Source: Euglena gracilis
Taxonomy: Eukaryota
Direction of reading: 5' to 3'
DNA length: 64,000 nt
NCBI GenBank assembly: GCA_039621445.1
Contig: CP154954.1
Span: 16,634,140-16,698,139, forward strand
The position numbers and the translations under genes are program-made. The notes beneath the pieces were generated by a model. That model saw only the letters and a list, made by a program, of their open reading frames with translations. It searched no databases and was not told where the DNA came from. This document shows positions 25,601 through 38,100 of the stretch, piece by piece; within the stretch, counting starts at the first letter, position 1, and each line of letters begins with the position of its first letter.

Positions 25601-28600
25601 CTTTTTACAGCCCCCAGGCTTTTTTAACACCCCCCAGACCCTTTTTACCAAGCCCCCAGGCTTTTTTTACCAGCCCCCATCTTTTTTTACAGCCCCCCGC
25701 CTTTTTTACAGCCCCATCCTTTTTTACAGCGCCCAGCTTTTTTTTTTTTCACAGCCCCCATCCTTTTTTTTTTTCAGCCCCAGCCTTGTTTACAGCTCCT
25801 AGTAGTTTTTTTTTTTACAGCCCCCAAGTTTTTTTACAACCCCAGCTCTTTTTACAGCCCAGCCTTTTTTACAGCACCCAGCCGTTTTTACAGCCCCCAG
25901 CCTTTTTTACAGCCTCCAGCCTTTTTTTAACGCCCTCAGGGTTTTTTTTTTACAGCCCCCAGTTTTTTCACAGCCCAGCCTTTTTTACAGCCCCCAGCTT
26001 TTTTTTTTTAACCCGCGTTTTTTACAACCCTAGCTCTTTTTACAGCCCAGCCTTTTTTACCGCCCCCAGCCGTTTTTACAGCCCCCAGCCTTTTTTACAG
26101 CCCCAGCCTTTTTCACAGCTCCCAGGCTTTTTTACAGTCCCCATCGTGTTGTGTTTTTTTTTTACAGCCCCAGCCGTTTTTACAGTCCACATCCTTTTTT
26201 TACAGCCCCCAGCCGTTTTTACAGCCCCCAGCCTTTTTTCCAGCCCTAGCCTTGTTTACAGCACCCAGCATTTTTTTGTTACAGCCCACAGGCTTTTTTT
26301 ACAGCCCCCAGTCTTTTTTACAACCCCAGCTTTTTTTACAACCCCAGCTTTTTTCAAAGCCCAGTCTTTTTTACAGCACCCAGCCGTTTTTACAGCCCCC
26401 AGCCTTTTTTACAGCCCACATCCCAGCCTTTTTTTTGCCCCAGCCTTTTTTACAGCACCCAGCATTTTTTTTTTTACAGCCCCCCAGCCTTTTTTACAGC
26501 CCCCACCAGCCCAGCCTTTTTTGCAGCCCTCAGCCCTTTTTACAGCCCCCAGCCTTTTTTTACAACCCCCAGCTTTTTTTTACAGCCCCAGCATTTTTTA
26601 CAGCCCCCAGCCTTTTTTACAGCCCCCAGGCTTTTTTACAGCCCCCAGCCCTTTTTACAGCCCCCATCCTTTTTTACAACCCCCAGGCTTTTTTACAGCC
26701 CCCCGCCGTTTTTACAGCCCCCCGCCTTTTTTAAAGCCCCCAGCCGTTTTTACAGTACCCAGCCATTTTTACGGCCCCCAGCCTTTTTTACAGCGCCCAG
26801 CTTTTTTTTTTTTCACAGCCCCCATCCTTTTTTTTTTTATCCCCAGCCTTGTTTACAGCTCCTAGTATTTTTTTTTTTTACACCCCCCAAGTTTTTTTAC
26901 AACCCCAGCTCTTTTTACAGCCCAGCCTTTTTTACAGCACCCAGCCGTTTTTACCGCCCCCAGCCTTTTTTACTCCCTCCAGCCTTTTTTTTTCTCCCTC
27001 CGCCTTTTTTTTTACACCCCCCCGTTTTTTCACAGCCCAGCCTTTTTTACAGCCCCCAGCTTTTTTTTTTGAAGCAGCGTTTTTTACAACCCTAGCTCTT
27101 TTTACAGCCCAGCCTTTTTAGCCCCAGCCCATAACAGCCATAGCCCCCCACCTCCAGGCTTTTTTACCCCCCCAGCCGTTTTTACAGCCCCCTTTAGCAC
27201 CAGCACAGCCCCCACCCCTCTTTTTTACAGCCCCACAGCCCCACTTTACCCAGCCTTTTTTAGCAGCCCTTTTAACGCCGTTTTTTACAGAAGCCAGCTT
27301 TTTTACACAGCCAGCCTTTTTTTACAGCCACAGGTTTTTCCAGCCCAGCCTTTTTTTACAAAAGCCCCCAGCCACAAAGCCCCCAGTTTTTACAGCGGCC
27401 CAGCCCCTTTTTTACAACCCCCAGCCACAGCCCCCGCCTTTTTTACAAGCCCAGCCCTTTTTCACAGCCCAGCCACAGCCCCAGCCTTTTTACCGCCCCC
27501 AGCCTTTTTTAACAGCCCCCCTTCTTTTTTTACAGCCCCCACCCGCCCACAGCCCCCAGCCTTTTTTACAGCCCAGCCCACAGCAGCCCACCAGCCGTTG
27601 GCACACAGCCCCAGCCCACAGCCCCAGCTTTTTTACAACCCCACTTTTTTACAGCCAACCCCAGGCCCAGCCCAACAGCCCCAGCACCCCCAGCCGTTTT
27701 TTTACAGCCCCCAGCCTTTTTACAGCCCACCCCCCAGCCTTTTTTGCCCCAGCCTTTTTACAGCCCCAGCAACAGCCCCCAGCCTTTTTACAGCCCCCAC
27801 CCAGCCCAAGCCCAGCCCCCAGCCCAGGACAGCACAGCCCCAGCCAACAGCCCCCTTTACAGCCCCAGCATTTTTTACAGCCCCCAGCCTTTTTTTACAG
27901 CCCCCAGGCTTTTTTACAGCCCCCAGCCCTTTTTTCAGCCCCATCCTTTTTTACAGCCCCCAGGCTTTTTTTCAGGCCCCGGCCGTTTTTACAGCCCCCG
28001 CCTTTTTTTAAAGCCCCCAGCCGTTTTTACAGTCCCCAGCCATTTTTACGGCCCCCAGCCTTTTTTACTGCTGCCAGGCTTTTTTACAGCCCCCAGGTTT
28101 TTTTTCAGCCCCGGCTTTTTTTACAGCCCCCATCATGTTTTTTTGTCTCATTTTTCTTTTACAGCCCCCAGCCCTTTTAACAGCCCCTAGGCTTATTTAC
28201 AGTCCCCAGGCTTTTTTTACAGCCCACATCATGTTTTTTTTTTACAGCCCCCAGCCTTTTTTTTAGCCCCAGCCTTTTTTTTAGTGCCGAGCATTTTTTT
28301 TTTTTACAGCCCCCAGGCATCATGTTTTTTTTGTGTAGCTTTTTTTTACAGCCCCCAGGCTTTTTTTACAGCCCCTAGTTTTTTTTTCCAACACCAGCTT
28401 TTTTTACAACCCCAGCCTTTTTTACAGCCCCCAGCCTTTTTTTTCACAGCCCCCAGCTTTTTTTTCAGCCCCAGCCTTGTTTACAGCGACTGGCTTTTTT
28501 TTTTACAGCCCTCAGGTTTTTTTTTTTATAGCCTCCCCCCTTTTTTTCAACCCCAGCCTTTTTTACAGCCCCAGCCTTTTTTACAGCCCCCAGCCTTTTT

Positions 28601-28900
28601 TACAGCCCCCAGGCTTTTTTTTTAACAGCCCCCAGGCTATTTTTTTTACAGCCCCCCACCTTTTTTACAGCCCCCAACCTTTTTTACCGCCCTCAGGCTA
28701 TTTTTTACAGCCCCCAGCCTTTTTTTACAGCCCCCATCCTTTTTTTTTCACAGCCCCCATCCTTTTTTTTCCACAGCCCCCAGCCTTTTTACAGCCCCCA
28801 GCTTTTTTCACAGCCCTCGGCCCTTTTTGCAGCCCTCAACCCCTTTTTTTTTTATACAGCGCAGGCTTTTTTACAGCCTCCGGCCTTTTTTACAGCCCTC
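22618..28900. repeat. ~6.3-kb minisatellite, unit ~17-18 bp (TTTTTTACAGCCCCCAGCC)
   Basis: Hundreds of tandem variant units. It explains the long FTAP/LQPP/FYSP pseudo-ORFs. Confidence 0.98.
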
Positions 28901-30399
28901 AGGGGCCCTGATCTGGTCTGCTCTCTCAAACACATCGCACTCCCTTCTTGGTCTTTTTCTTGACCCATCTTCACACTTTCTTCTCTCGCTTTTCCTCTCA
29001 TCCGACATCATCAGCCATTATTTACGGATTTTTATCGAGCCAACCTGTGGGCTTGTGCTGGTTTTGAATGGAGTGAGAGAGGTTCTTAATCACATGGGAT
29101 AGTTGTTCCCTCCTATTTAGAGCCACCCTGCCCCTGTGACTACCACAGCAACTCCCCCGTGGAGTGGAGTGCCCGGCTGCCTTATTGAAGTGGCGGTGCT
29201 CCTTGTACAGCCCTTCCCCCACTATCTGTCAGCCCGGCACAACCTCTCCCGCATCCTGCAGCTCACCATCCTCTCGGTTGCAGCCGTCAGCCAAATCTCC
29301 AGAGCTCCCCCCCCCCCCTGACACTACCCACGGTGTACTGGGACGCCCCGTCTGCCTGGCATGCTCCCAAATCCTCCCTGGGGCTCAGGCAGAATCTTTC
29401 ATGTTATATTTTTTTTAACTACTCTCTTGTTCCTGTCCTTCAGATTCAAATAATACACAAGCCGGTGAATGTCTGGGATCCTCAAATATGGTGTTCCAAT
29501 TGTGCCAGACAATGGTGCCATGGTTTGCTCACAGGTGGGCACACTGCGGTGGTGTTATTCTTGTTCTACTGTTTTTTTTAACTGTTCCTGTTTTTTTTTT
29601 TTAACCAGCACATAATAACAATTTAAAATCAGGCATATATACACCCCGGAAAGAGAACATGTAATTTTATTGGGAGCACTGTCGGTCTTGCTCTCAGGGC
29701 GCCTCGTCGCCAATAGCCCCCAGGCCATAGGCAGGCCATAGTCCTGGGTCTGCTGGTTTTCCCCACAACTACTGGCACCTCTTCTCGACCAACCCCCCTC
29801 CCCCACGGTGTTTTTTCGTCCCAGTGCTTTGCTGAGCCGCAAATTGGTCACCTGGACCACGCCATTTTAGGTTGGGGGTCCTGCCACCTGCCTTTACGTC
29901 AAATCCTAGGCAAGACGGTTATGGATTTTTGGGTGCCAAATCAGGGGCAAATGGGTTGGGCAATTCTTTGGTCAAAAAGGATTCTTTTTTGCAATTGGCA
30001 GTTTCATGAGCATTTACAGTAAGGGACTCCGTCTTGTCTCTCTTATGACACTCAGGACTCCCCCTTCCGTTTCAAGGGACGGCAAAAAGAGCTGAATAGG
30101 GAACTGATGATAGTCAAAATATCGAAAGTCGGCACAATACTTATTATTACAGGTGATGATTCAGGAAGCTGCAACTAGGGAGAATTTTTTGACTTTTTTT
30201 TCTGTGTATTTCTCGTCGATATGCCCTGGCAGGCCCAACTGGGTGTCCCTGCCCTGGCCTTGCCGGATCAATCCCCTCCCCCCCTTTCTGTCCTCCCGGA
30301 GAGGCTCAAAGGTTGGTCTGCAGCGGCACTTTCCAATAGGTAAGCACACTATTGTAGTATATAAGGGGAGGGGGGTGCCGTGTGTCCTGGGGAGTTCAG

Positions 30400-31015
30400 G
30401 GAGGTGCATTTGCCATTGATAACGACAGGGCAGGCGGAAAGTTGGCCGTTTGTGTGGGAGGGGGTCTGACAGGAGAGTGTGCAAGTACCCATCCAGCCTA
30501 GGCGAGAACGGGAACTGTCTCCAGGCGATATAACATCTCCCAGGGAGGGAGAGCTGTTGGAAGACGGGTGGGAGGTCAGGAATCCTCTCCATACTCACGG
30601 AGTGTGAAACCGTTTCGACCGCCATCGCGTCCCTCCAGCACCTGACTCACGACCCGAGCCACTCCTAACTCCCCGCTTCTGCCCATGGTGCTATGGGGCA
30701 ATGTTGGGCACTGGATGATGGCAGCACCTTTTCTGTTTCTCCTCCATTGTGCTGTTCCCGCCGCTGGTGCCGGTGCATACACCTATCTGAGTGCGTATGC
30801 CTGGGTCCCCGGAGTGACCAGATGAGCTCCGGATGAAGGCCAATGTTGCGCAACGGCATGTTAGTTCTTCTTTTGAGTCTTGTCCCAGGACGACCCACTC
30901 GGCGGCACTAGGCTAATGGTGGCCCCAGATAGCATGGTAACTGTTGGAATAGAATTTTTTTTCCAGTTGATATATCTGGCCATATTCCTGACAGTGTTCC
31001 TCTTTTGTTATGATT
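30400..31015 (-). pseudogene. APE endonuclease remnant of LINE ORF2
   Basis: Frameshifted motifs occur in the expected order: VLIITKEEH (~31000), I(G)VYAP (~30780), YIAW...SPRLDGYL (~30500) and SDP for SDH (~30465). Confidence 0.5.
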
Positions 31016-31418
31016 AAAACTCTAGCTTGATAGTCCCCTCTTCGGTGGGGGGAAGTCGGCCGGGCTGCAGCCTGCTAGTAACCACCGACGATGGAAGCCA
31101 CTTATTTTCCTCTTCTTTTTCTGATCTACTCCTCTGTCTATAATCTCTATCTCTATCTATAAATATATTATTGCTGTTTTTTTGTTTTTCATTTTTGTTT
31201 TTGTTGGACCGGCGGCTGTGGGATCCCCACCCCTGCCCATTGCCCCAGCCCGCCCGCCCGCCTGCCCGCCCGAGCGCTGGCCGCATCACCCGCAAAATAA
31301 CACCTAATAATAGGGGGGGCTGAGGGTACATGGCCCGGTCACGGTCGTGGATATCATGCATATGATACCACCTGCGGCCAGCGTATTCCATGAATACGAA
31401 CGTGACTTTGAACTCAAC

Positions 31419-31425
31419 TCAACTC

Positions 31426-31503
<78 letters not shown>

Positions 31504-32246
31504 GATTGGTGTGGATGGGAAGTGTGTGGTGCGGGTGTGTCGGAGGTGGAGGGGGCTGCTTTGTTTTCATTCCAGGAGGTGCTCTGGGTGGTGACGGCAG
31601 GGCGTCCCCCGCCTGGCCTCCGACACAGCGAAACCGGGGGTGCCGGCTCACTACGCTGCGTCATCACTGGCCCACCACCACGGCCCCCGGTGTCCTCCTG
31701 GAAGGAAAGCTGCCGCTGCTGCTGGCGCTGCTGCTGCTGCTGCTGCTGCTGCTGTCGCTGTTGCTGCTGCTGCTCCTGCTGCTGCCTGCGGGAGTTGGTT
31801 TGGGTCGTTTTGTCGGGTTTGCGGCTTTGCCGGTCCCTTGGGGGGTAGGAGGCTCCTCCCGTGGTTGTTGAACCCTCCCCCCTCCCGCTGGGGCTGGGTT
31901 GCTGCTGCTGCTGCCTTCGGCTGCGGCGGCTTTGGAGCACATCCCATTGGTTGGGGTGTGCGGGGATCGGAGGGGGGCCTGCCCGGTTTGCCCCATTCTC
32001 TCCCCTGGTGCTCCTTTGGTTGGCTGGGGGCACCGACTCCCCCCGACAGTGGCGTTCTTCAAAATTTTCCTTCATTTGTTGGACTTCTCGGGTCAGTGCA
32101 GCGATGGTCTCTGCCATTCGCTTCAGCTGCTTATGCACGGCTGCCCCTCGCCTGCCGTACACAGGGGTCCACTCGGCACCCTCTTCCTCTCTTAAGCCTT
32201 GGGTGCCCTGCACACTCTCAGGGCGGGAGGGTCTGAAAAATCTCAT
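31419..32246 (-). CDS. ORF1/gag-like N-terminal region (coiled coil, polyQ), disrupted by (GA)n
   Basis: EWTPVYGRR, coiled coil KQLKRMAETIAALTREVQQMKE and WDVLQSRRSRR are typical of LINE ORF1 N-termini. It lies upstream of the APE remnant. Confidence 0.45.
31427..31498. repeat. (CT)n microsatellite; further (CT)n tracts at 34049-34113 and 34702-34780
   Basis: Visible tandem repeats. Confidence 0.95.
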
Positions 32247-32303
32247 GGCGGCGGGGTTTTCTGTCTCCCCAGGGCGGTGCCCACGGGTCGCTTCCCTATT
32301 GGG

Positions 32304-33941
32304 TCACCAAGGGGCTTGGGGCCGGGGCAAATCCCGCTTTGCGAACTCCCCTGCGGAACGGGTTGGCGGGACACAGGCACCACGCTGCCTGCCGCCCGCC
32401 TGGACATTGTGCTGTCTCGCTCCGGGAGCGTGGGGCCCGGAGTGGTTGTTAGATGGCTGCCCTGGGGGTTTGCCTTCCGGGTGGTGGTGTCGAGGACCAG
32501 GGTGGTCGGCCTCCCCGATCCTGGCGCCTTCGTGCCAGTCGTGCGACAGGTGTTCCTGGGCAGTGCTGCTGGCCATGTGGCTGGCTGCTGCTTCGTCTAG
32601 CCATTGCTGGATGGCCTCCCTCCGTTGTGGCCCACAGCAGGCCCAGACTTGGCTTTGCAGCTCGTGGTCCCAAGAAAAGAATATTGCCTTCCCTCGGCCT
32701 GGGTGCCTGCGCCTCATTGCTGACTTCCATTCCTCGTACTTCTCCCTCCACTCTTTCGGCCACTCGCTCAAAATGGTGTACTTGCGCTTCTTGGAGGGGG
32801 CTTGTGACGACGAGTCATCCTCTTCTTGTTCTTCTTCTTCGGCGAGGAATGCTTGTGGTGGGGGGGCAGGCAGCATGAGACGATTGGCAGCCTCGATGGC
32901 TGGGATGGCTAGGGCCTCGATGAGGCCTGTGGGTGCCGGGCCGTTGATGAGTGCATTGACTTGCACGTTTTGCACCAGGGCCGGGGGTTGTCCCTGTTGG
33001 TGGCTGGGGAGGTAGATGGGAATTGGGACCCGCACCTCGACTGGCACCGGCACCCGAACCTCCACGGGCACCTGCACTGGGACCTGCACGAGGCGCTCCA
33101 CGATGCGATCCACGAAGACCGGCTCCCGGACCGGAACAGGTACCTGCCTCTCCACGATCACCGGTCGATCCACCAGGACCACCCGTTCCTGGTAGACCTC
33201 GCGGATGGCTGGCACCGGTGGAGCTGTTGTGGAGGTCTGGTCTGCCTCAGCATGGTGCTGGGAGGATGCACCATCGTGGATGGCCGGGGAGTCTTCCACT
33301 GGCGGTGGTGGGGGTGGGAGAGGCTCCAGGACAGGGGTAGGGATTGAAAGATCTAGAAAAGCCGGCGATCGACAGGCCAGCCTGGGCGGGGAAGCCGGGA
33401 GAGACACTGAGGCGTCCCCCAGTGTGGAGTCAGGCTGGCCTCGGTCCCTTCCCACCTCCCACAAGAGGGCTCGGTCACCGTCACCCCCCTGGACGTCTCC
33501 AGCATGCAGGTTGGCGGATGTACCAGGCGGTATCGGGACCGCGGCTGACATCGCCGGTTGGGGAGAGGAGGATTGTATTGGAGGCGGGGACATTCCCGGA
33601 GGGGCTGCAGCAGAAACAGCAGCCTGGCCGACAGCCTCAACGCCCCGAGGGGGAGCCCCCGGGGTGGAAGCAGGCCGGTGTTCGTTGGGCAAATGTGCGG
33701 CGCCCCTGGGTGGATGTGCTCGCGCAGAACCCTCTCCTTTGCCTTGCCCTGGAGCCTCTGGTGGTGGGTGGATGTGTGCGTGCTTGGGCACCCGCTGCTT
33801 TCCGTGTCGCACGTGGGCCGCGTGGTCGACCTCCATCACGTCAGAGTCTGACCCCGCTCTCGGTGAAGCTGGGGGAGTCATTTCCGCCAGGAGGTCGTCA
33901 ATGCCTTCTGTGGGCGCGGGTGCGGCGGGATGTCCAAACAC
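32304..33941 (-). CDS. Hypothetical Pro-rich protein with VPV repeats, acidic patch and NLS-like PSKKRKY (element-borne)
   Basis: 545-codon open frame with protein-like composition and a small Trp-rich globular segment (EWPKEWREKYEEWK...FFSWDHELQSQVW). Confidence 0.5.
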   Translation of the reverse strand: MFGHPAAPAPTEGIDDLLAEMTPPASPRAGSDSDVMEVDHAAHVRHGKQRVPKHAHIHPPPEAPGQGKGEGSARAHPPRGAAHLPNEHRPASTPGAPPRGVEAVGQAAVSAAAPPGMSPPPIQSSSPQPAMSAAVPIPPGTSANLHAGDVQGGDGDRALLWEVGRDRGQPDSTLGDASVSLPASPPRLACRSPAFLDLSIPTPVLEPLPPPPPPVEDSPAIHDGASSQHHAEADQTSTTAPPVPAIREVYQERVVLVDRPVIVERQVPVPVREPVFVDRIVERLVQVPVQVPVEVRVPVPVEVRVPIPIYLPSHQQGQPPALVQNVQVNALINGPAPTGLIEALAIPAIEAANRLMLPAPPPQAFLAEEEEQEEDDSSSQAPSKKRKYTILSEWPKEWREKYEEWKSAMRRRHPGRGKAIFFSWDHELQSQVWACCGPQRREAIQQWLDEAAASHMASSTAQEHLSHDWHEGARIGEADHPGPRHHHPEGKPPGQPSNNHSGPHAPGARQHNVQAGGRQRGACVPPTRSAGEFAKRDLPRPQAPW

Positions 33942-34047
33942 AGCGAGTAAATCCTCCGTTGAGGGAGCATGTGCTTGGTCCAGCGGTATGGCGGTGGCCC
34001 ACGGGGCAGGCGGCGCGCGGTTTGGGCCGCTGAGAAGCCACCTCCAG

Positions 34048-34117
<70 letters not shown>

Positions 34118-34698
34118 GAATCGGTGTTGCTGGGGGAACTCCTTGGGGGGAACTCCTTGCCGACCCGAGAGTGTGTGCTTGTGGGGGAAGTGTGTTGTCA
34201 GTCGGTGTGGGTGCGTGTGTTGTCAGTCTGTGTTGCGGTTTCGCCCCAGGCTGGCAGGTGGGGCATCGTCAGGGGTGACGACCCTGCCAACCCTCGTCCC
34301 CGACCGCTCTTGTCTGTGTGGCGCAGACCGTTACAAACGAGCTCTGCGTCACCCTCCCGGGGGTGGGGGAGGGGGGGGTGAAAAAAACCGGCCCCAAGAA
34401 CAAGGCAGCGCGGGACGGAAAAATGGTCCACTACCTACGGGGCACCCTCCGGGACAGCACCCTTTTGGGAGGGCGAGACAAGGCCCTTTCGGTGTGGAAA
34501 GAGGCAAAAATTGCCGAAAAATACGGACGGCACCCGAAGGCTTGGGGCGCGAGTACCCAAATTAAGCCGCCGGTCCTGGGGTCGCAGCACCAACCCCTGG
34601 GGGAGGGGGTGGCCTGAGCCGCCGGTTGCTCAGCAGAACTGCCGCGTGTTTAGCCCACAAAATGGGGCGCTGGGGGCGAGGCATGGGGGTGCGAAACA

Positions 34699-34781
<83 letters not shown>

Positions 34782-34783
<2 letters not shown>

Positions 34784-35194
34784 GTAAACCCTCCCCCCAA
34801 ATAATAACCCCCCCAAATTACCCCCCAAATCCCCCTCGGGCCGAGACTTCGGTGACCCCCGCCCCCCCCCCCTAATTTCGGGCCGACGTCCCGATTTTGA
34901 AAATGTAGGTAAATAAATAACCATCTTTGACAATAAATTACACAAAAAAATTATTCATTACAAAAATATTTTTCTGGATCATCTGGCGTCCAAAAATGCT
35001 AAATTTCATGAGAAAATAAAATAAATGACCAAAAAAGGGGGGGTTGGGTGCTATTTTGGGTCCTATGTGACTTCAAAAAACTTCGAAAATTCTGGGGAGC
35101 TATTACTCCCCCCAAATAATACCCACCCCTCGTGCGGGACTTCGGGCGAAAAAATAATAACCCGGGGGGGGATATTATTTGGGGGGGTTACACC
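34782..35194. mobile_element. MITE-like element with imperfect terminal inverted repeats
   Basis: Left end TGGTAAACCCTCCCCCCAAATAATAACCCCCC versus right end GGGGGGATATTATTTGGGGGGGTTACACCA. A related end occurs at ~1715-1740. Confidence 0.65.
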
Positions 35195-38100
35195 AGGGTG
35201 CGTCCACCTCCCCCATTTCTGGTATGCTGTGGCAGACTGCCTGTCATGTGGTCTGGGAGCAGTCCGGGCCACCCAAGTCAGGGGGGGGGAGGCCTGACCT
35301 TGGGGGGATGGCCCTATGGCCTGGGGGCGGTCCGGGCCGCTTCGGAGCCGCGCAGCTGCAGCCACAGGTCAGACTTGCTGGGGAGCTGCTGCATGAGGCT
35401 GAACGGCGCGGCCATACGGCTTGGGGGGGGGGGCACGGAACGCTGGAGAACCCTGGTGGAGGTGGGAAGGGTGGCAGGAAGGCGTAGATTGGATTGAGAC
35501 GTCTGGACCTTCGGATGATCAGAGGTTGGGGGCAGATTGCCTCCAACCGGGTGGACTGCATTGCAACACGTTTCAAAAATGTTTAGTATTGTTGAAAATT
35601 CAAAATGAAATTTAATGGGGGGACTAAGATATGTTTCCCATTATCGATGCATGCCGCGTTGGTTGCTGAAAGAACAGCCGTCAAACTATATGAATGCAGT
35701 TTTCTTCCATCATGTTAATCCTTTGGTTTTTTTAATTGCGGCCACCAGATCACCGAAATGTTCCTACCTAGACTTCCCCCCCATCCAGGGGGTTTGAGTA
35801 TGTGTCCCGCCGAAAGTTTCACAGCAAAGGAGAGTCTCCAAGGGTGGGGGGCACCCCCCAAGAGGCATGGGGGTGGTGGGTCCTTGAGAGTGGGTGGGCG
35901 GTGGGCGGGGTTGGGCTGCTGGACCAACCGGGCGTTGATAGTGCTGTATTTTCTTCAGAAGTAGCTCTGGATGGGTGTTCGTAAAGACACATAATCACTG
36001 GGGGGGGGGGGCTGTGCTCCCCGTTCCTTGGGCCTCCTGTTGTGGGATTTGTGGTGCGTGGTGTGATGGATGACGTCGCTGATCGTCATTCTTTCGGCCA
36101 GGGCTCCCTCACCTGCTTGGTCCCCCACCAGATGCACAACGCGACGATGAAGCCCACACGCATCGCTTCGTCATGTACCGCATTGCGCGTGCACGACGGA
36201 CGTCAACTTGCCACGAAGAGGCAAGAACGGGCAAGAGGCCTCTGTCTGCACTGGCAACCGTTGGGGGTTCTTGGGTACGCAATCCACAGGACCCCCCAAA
36301 GATGCGAAATCACAGGTTGGACTAAGATTGGTCATTCTTGGCATCCCTTTGTGGGTCTCTAGAAAATTTTCTGTGACTGAGAACTACATCTGAATGGTGG
36401 CGTCACGTACAGCATTGCCAACCGTTGCCAGACAAGAACAGGCTCAGATGAAATAGTTATGGTTTTCCTTGGTATATGAAGCGGGGTTGAGGGAGGACAG
36501 CGAAGACCCGCTTTGGCTTAGACGGGGGCAGCCACCGCAAACGCAAAGACCCCCTGCTCGTTGGATCGGAAACCAAGCAAGAACCCTTCAAAAATCACTG
36601 AACCAGGCTTAAAATTCCCTTGAGTGCGATTCTGCGTCGTTTTTTATTTTGGGTCAAAAACCGTGAATTTTCTCTTGCAGAAAAAAACCACAGTTGGTGT
36701 CAGCTCCTACCCCCACCCTCCCCATCTTCCAGGGCGGGGGAGGGTTCAACAAGGCGTTCCCGTACAGCCCTGCCTCCGCGTTTTGGTACAAATTGCCAGT
36801 TTTCCCCCACTCATCGCATCGGAATTGATCCAAAACGAAAGCAAAAGGCATGGCTTTCCACTTTCAAAAGCCACTCAATCGATTTTGGAAAAGGGGGTTG
36901 GTCACCAGGGGTTTTCGGACCATCCGGGGGGGGGGGATCATGCGGGCCGGCGGTAAAAAGGTGCTGGTTGGACACCACCCCCCAGGGCAGGGTGGGTCCA
37001 AAGGGGGGGGGGGGAGTCTGGCCAGCTGGGAGCAGGCCCCGGAGGGTTCCCAAAAATTCCCTCAAAAAAAGCCCAAATCCAGCTGGGTTGGCTTTTCGGA
37101 TTTTGGTTTTTCAGCCAAAATTTGGAGGTGAAAACCCAAAGACCATCCAAAATACCATTTTTGGCCATTTTTGACCCCTTTTTCAAAAATTTTCGGTGCT
37201 TTTCGCTGAAAAAAATTTCGGTCCAGACCGGCTTCGCCAGGAAGAACCCAACTGTATTTCAGCCGACCCCAGGGGGGGAGTCCGCAGCCCAGCTGGGAGG
37301 TGCTGGCTGGAAACAGGATGCTGGCTGGCTGGACCCCGGGGGGGGGGGTAGGACCCCCTCCGACTTAAGAAAACCCCGGTCCCTTGCAACAATGGCTCTA
37401 AATCGATGAATTTGGCACATTTTTCAAATCCGATTCCTTTGGCGCCAGGCAGCAATTATCAGTCGTTCTGGCCGACCTCACCCCCCCCATGGGGGAGAGA
37501 GCCAAAAAACACTGCGAAACCAATCAATTACCCCGGTGGTGGGTCAGGAACATACTTAACAAAAATATGGTCAATGGGGGTATTTTCTGGGTGTATGAAG
37601 CGGAACTTTGGTGTAGCAGGGCTCAAAAAATCATTTAGGAAAAAACCACACAAAGAAAGAGTTTAAAAATGCAAAATTAACAAAAATGAAACCCTTCCAA
37701 AGAAAAACAGCCCATGCAGGCTGGGGAAGAAACTACCACTGCACAATAATCAAAAACAAATTTGAACACAACAATGAAAAAAGAGTTGCTTGCAAAAGAT
37801 CAACGAGGACTCTGTAAATAATGAAAATATAAATAAATAATAAGCAATAAACAATATTAATAATAATAAAAATAATAATATACTCCATAAATAACAATAA
37901 TAAACTAAACAAAAACCTCAGCCCCTTGCCCTCTTCCAAAAAGCAACAGCAGTTGCAGATGGGCCGAGTGGACCAGCACACTGCCTGTCCCGAGGTGGGA
38001 TACACAGGGAGGGCACGGGACGCTGGTAATAGGCACCCGGCGAGAGTGACCCTCCGTTGCAACATGGTCTGGGGCGGGGCCGCGGAGGTGGGCATGTGGG

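Larger units (their letters stand above)
29700..34600 (-). mobile_element. Decayed non-LTR retrotransposon (LINE): 5' region, ORF(s), apurinic endonuclease remnant
   Basis: Minus-strand order: shared 5' repeat, Pro-rich ORF, ORF1-like ORF, APE-like motifs, and a weak 'N.RPI.L'-like trace near 29950. Boundaries are approximate. Confidence 0.5.

Noticed and set aside
21598-28911. Very long ORFs (783 aa, 1024 aa and others)
   Set aside because: They are translations of a stop-poor minisatellite, open in several frames at once.
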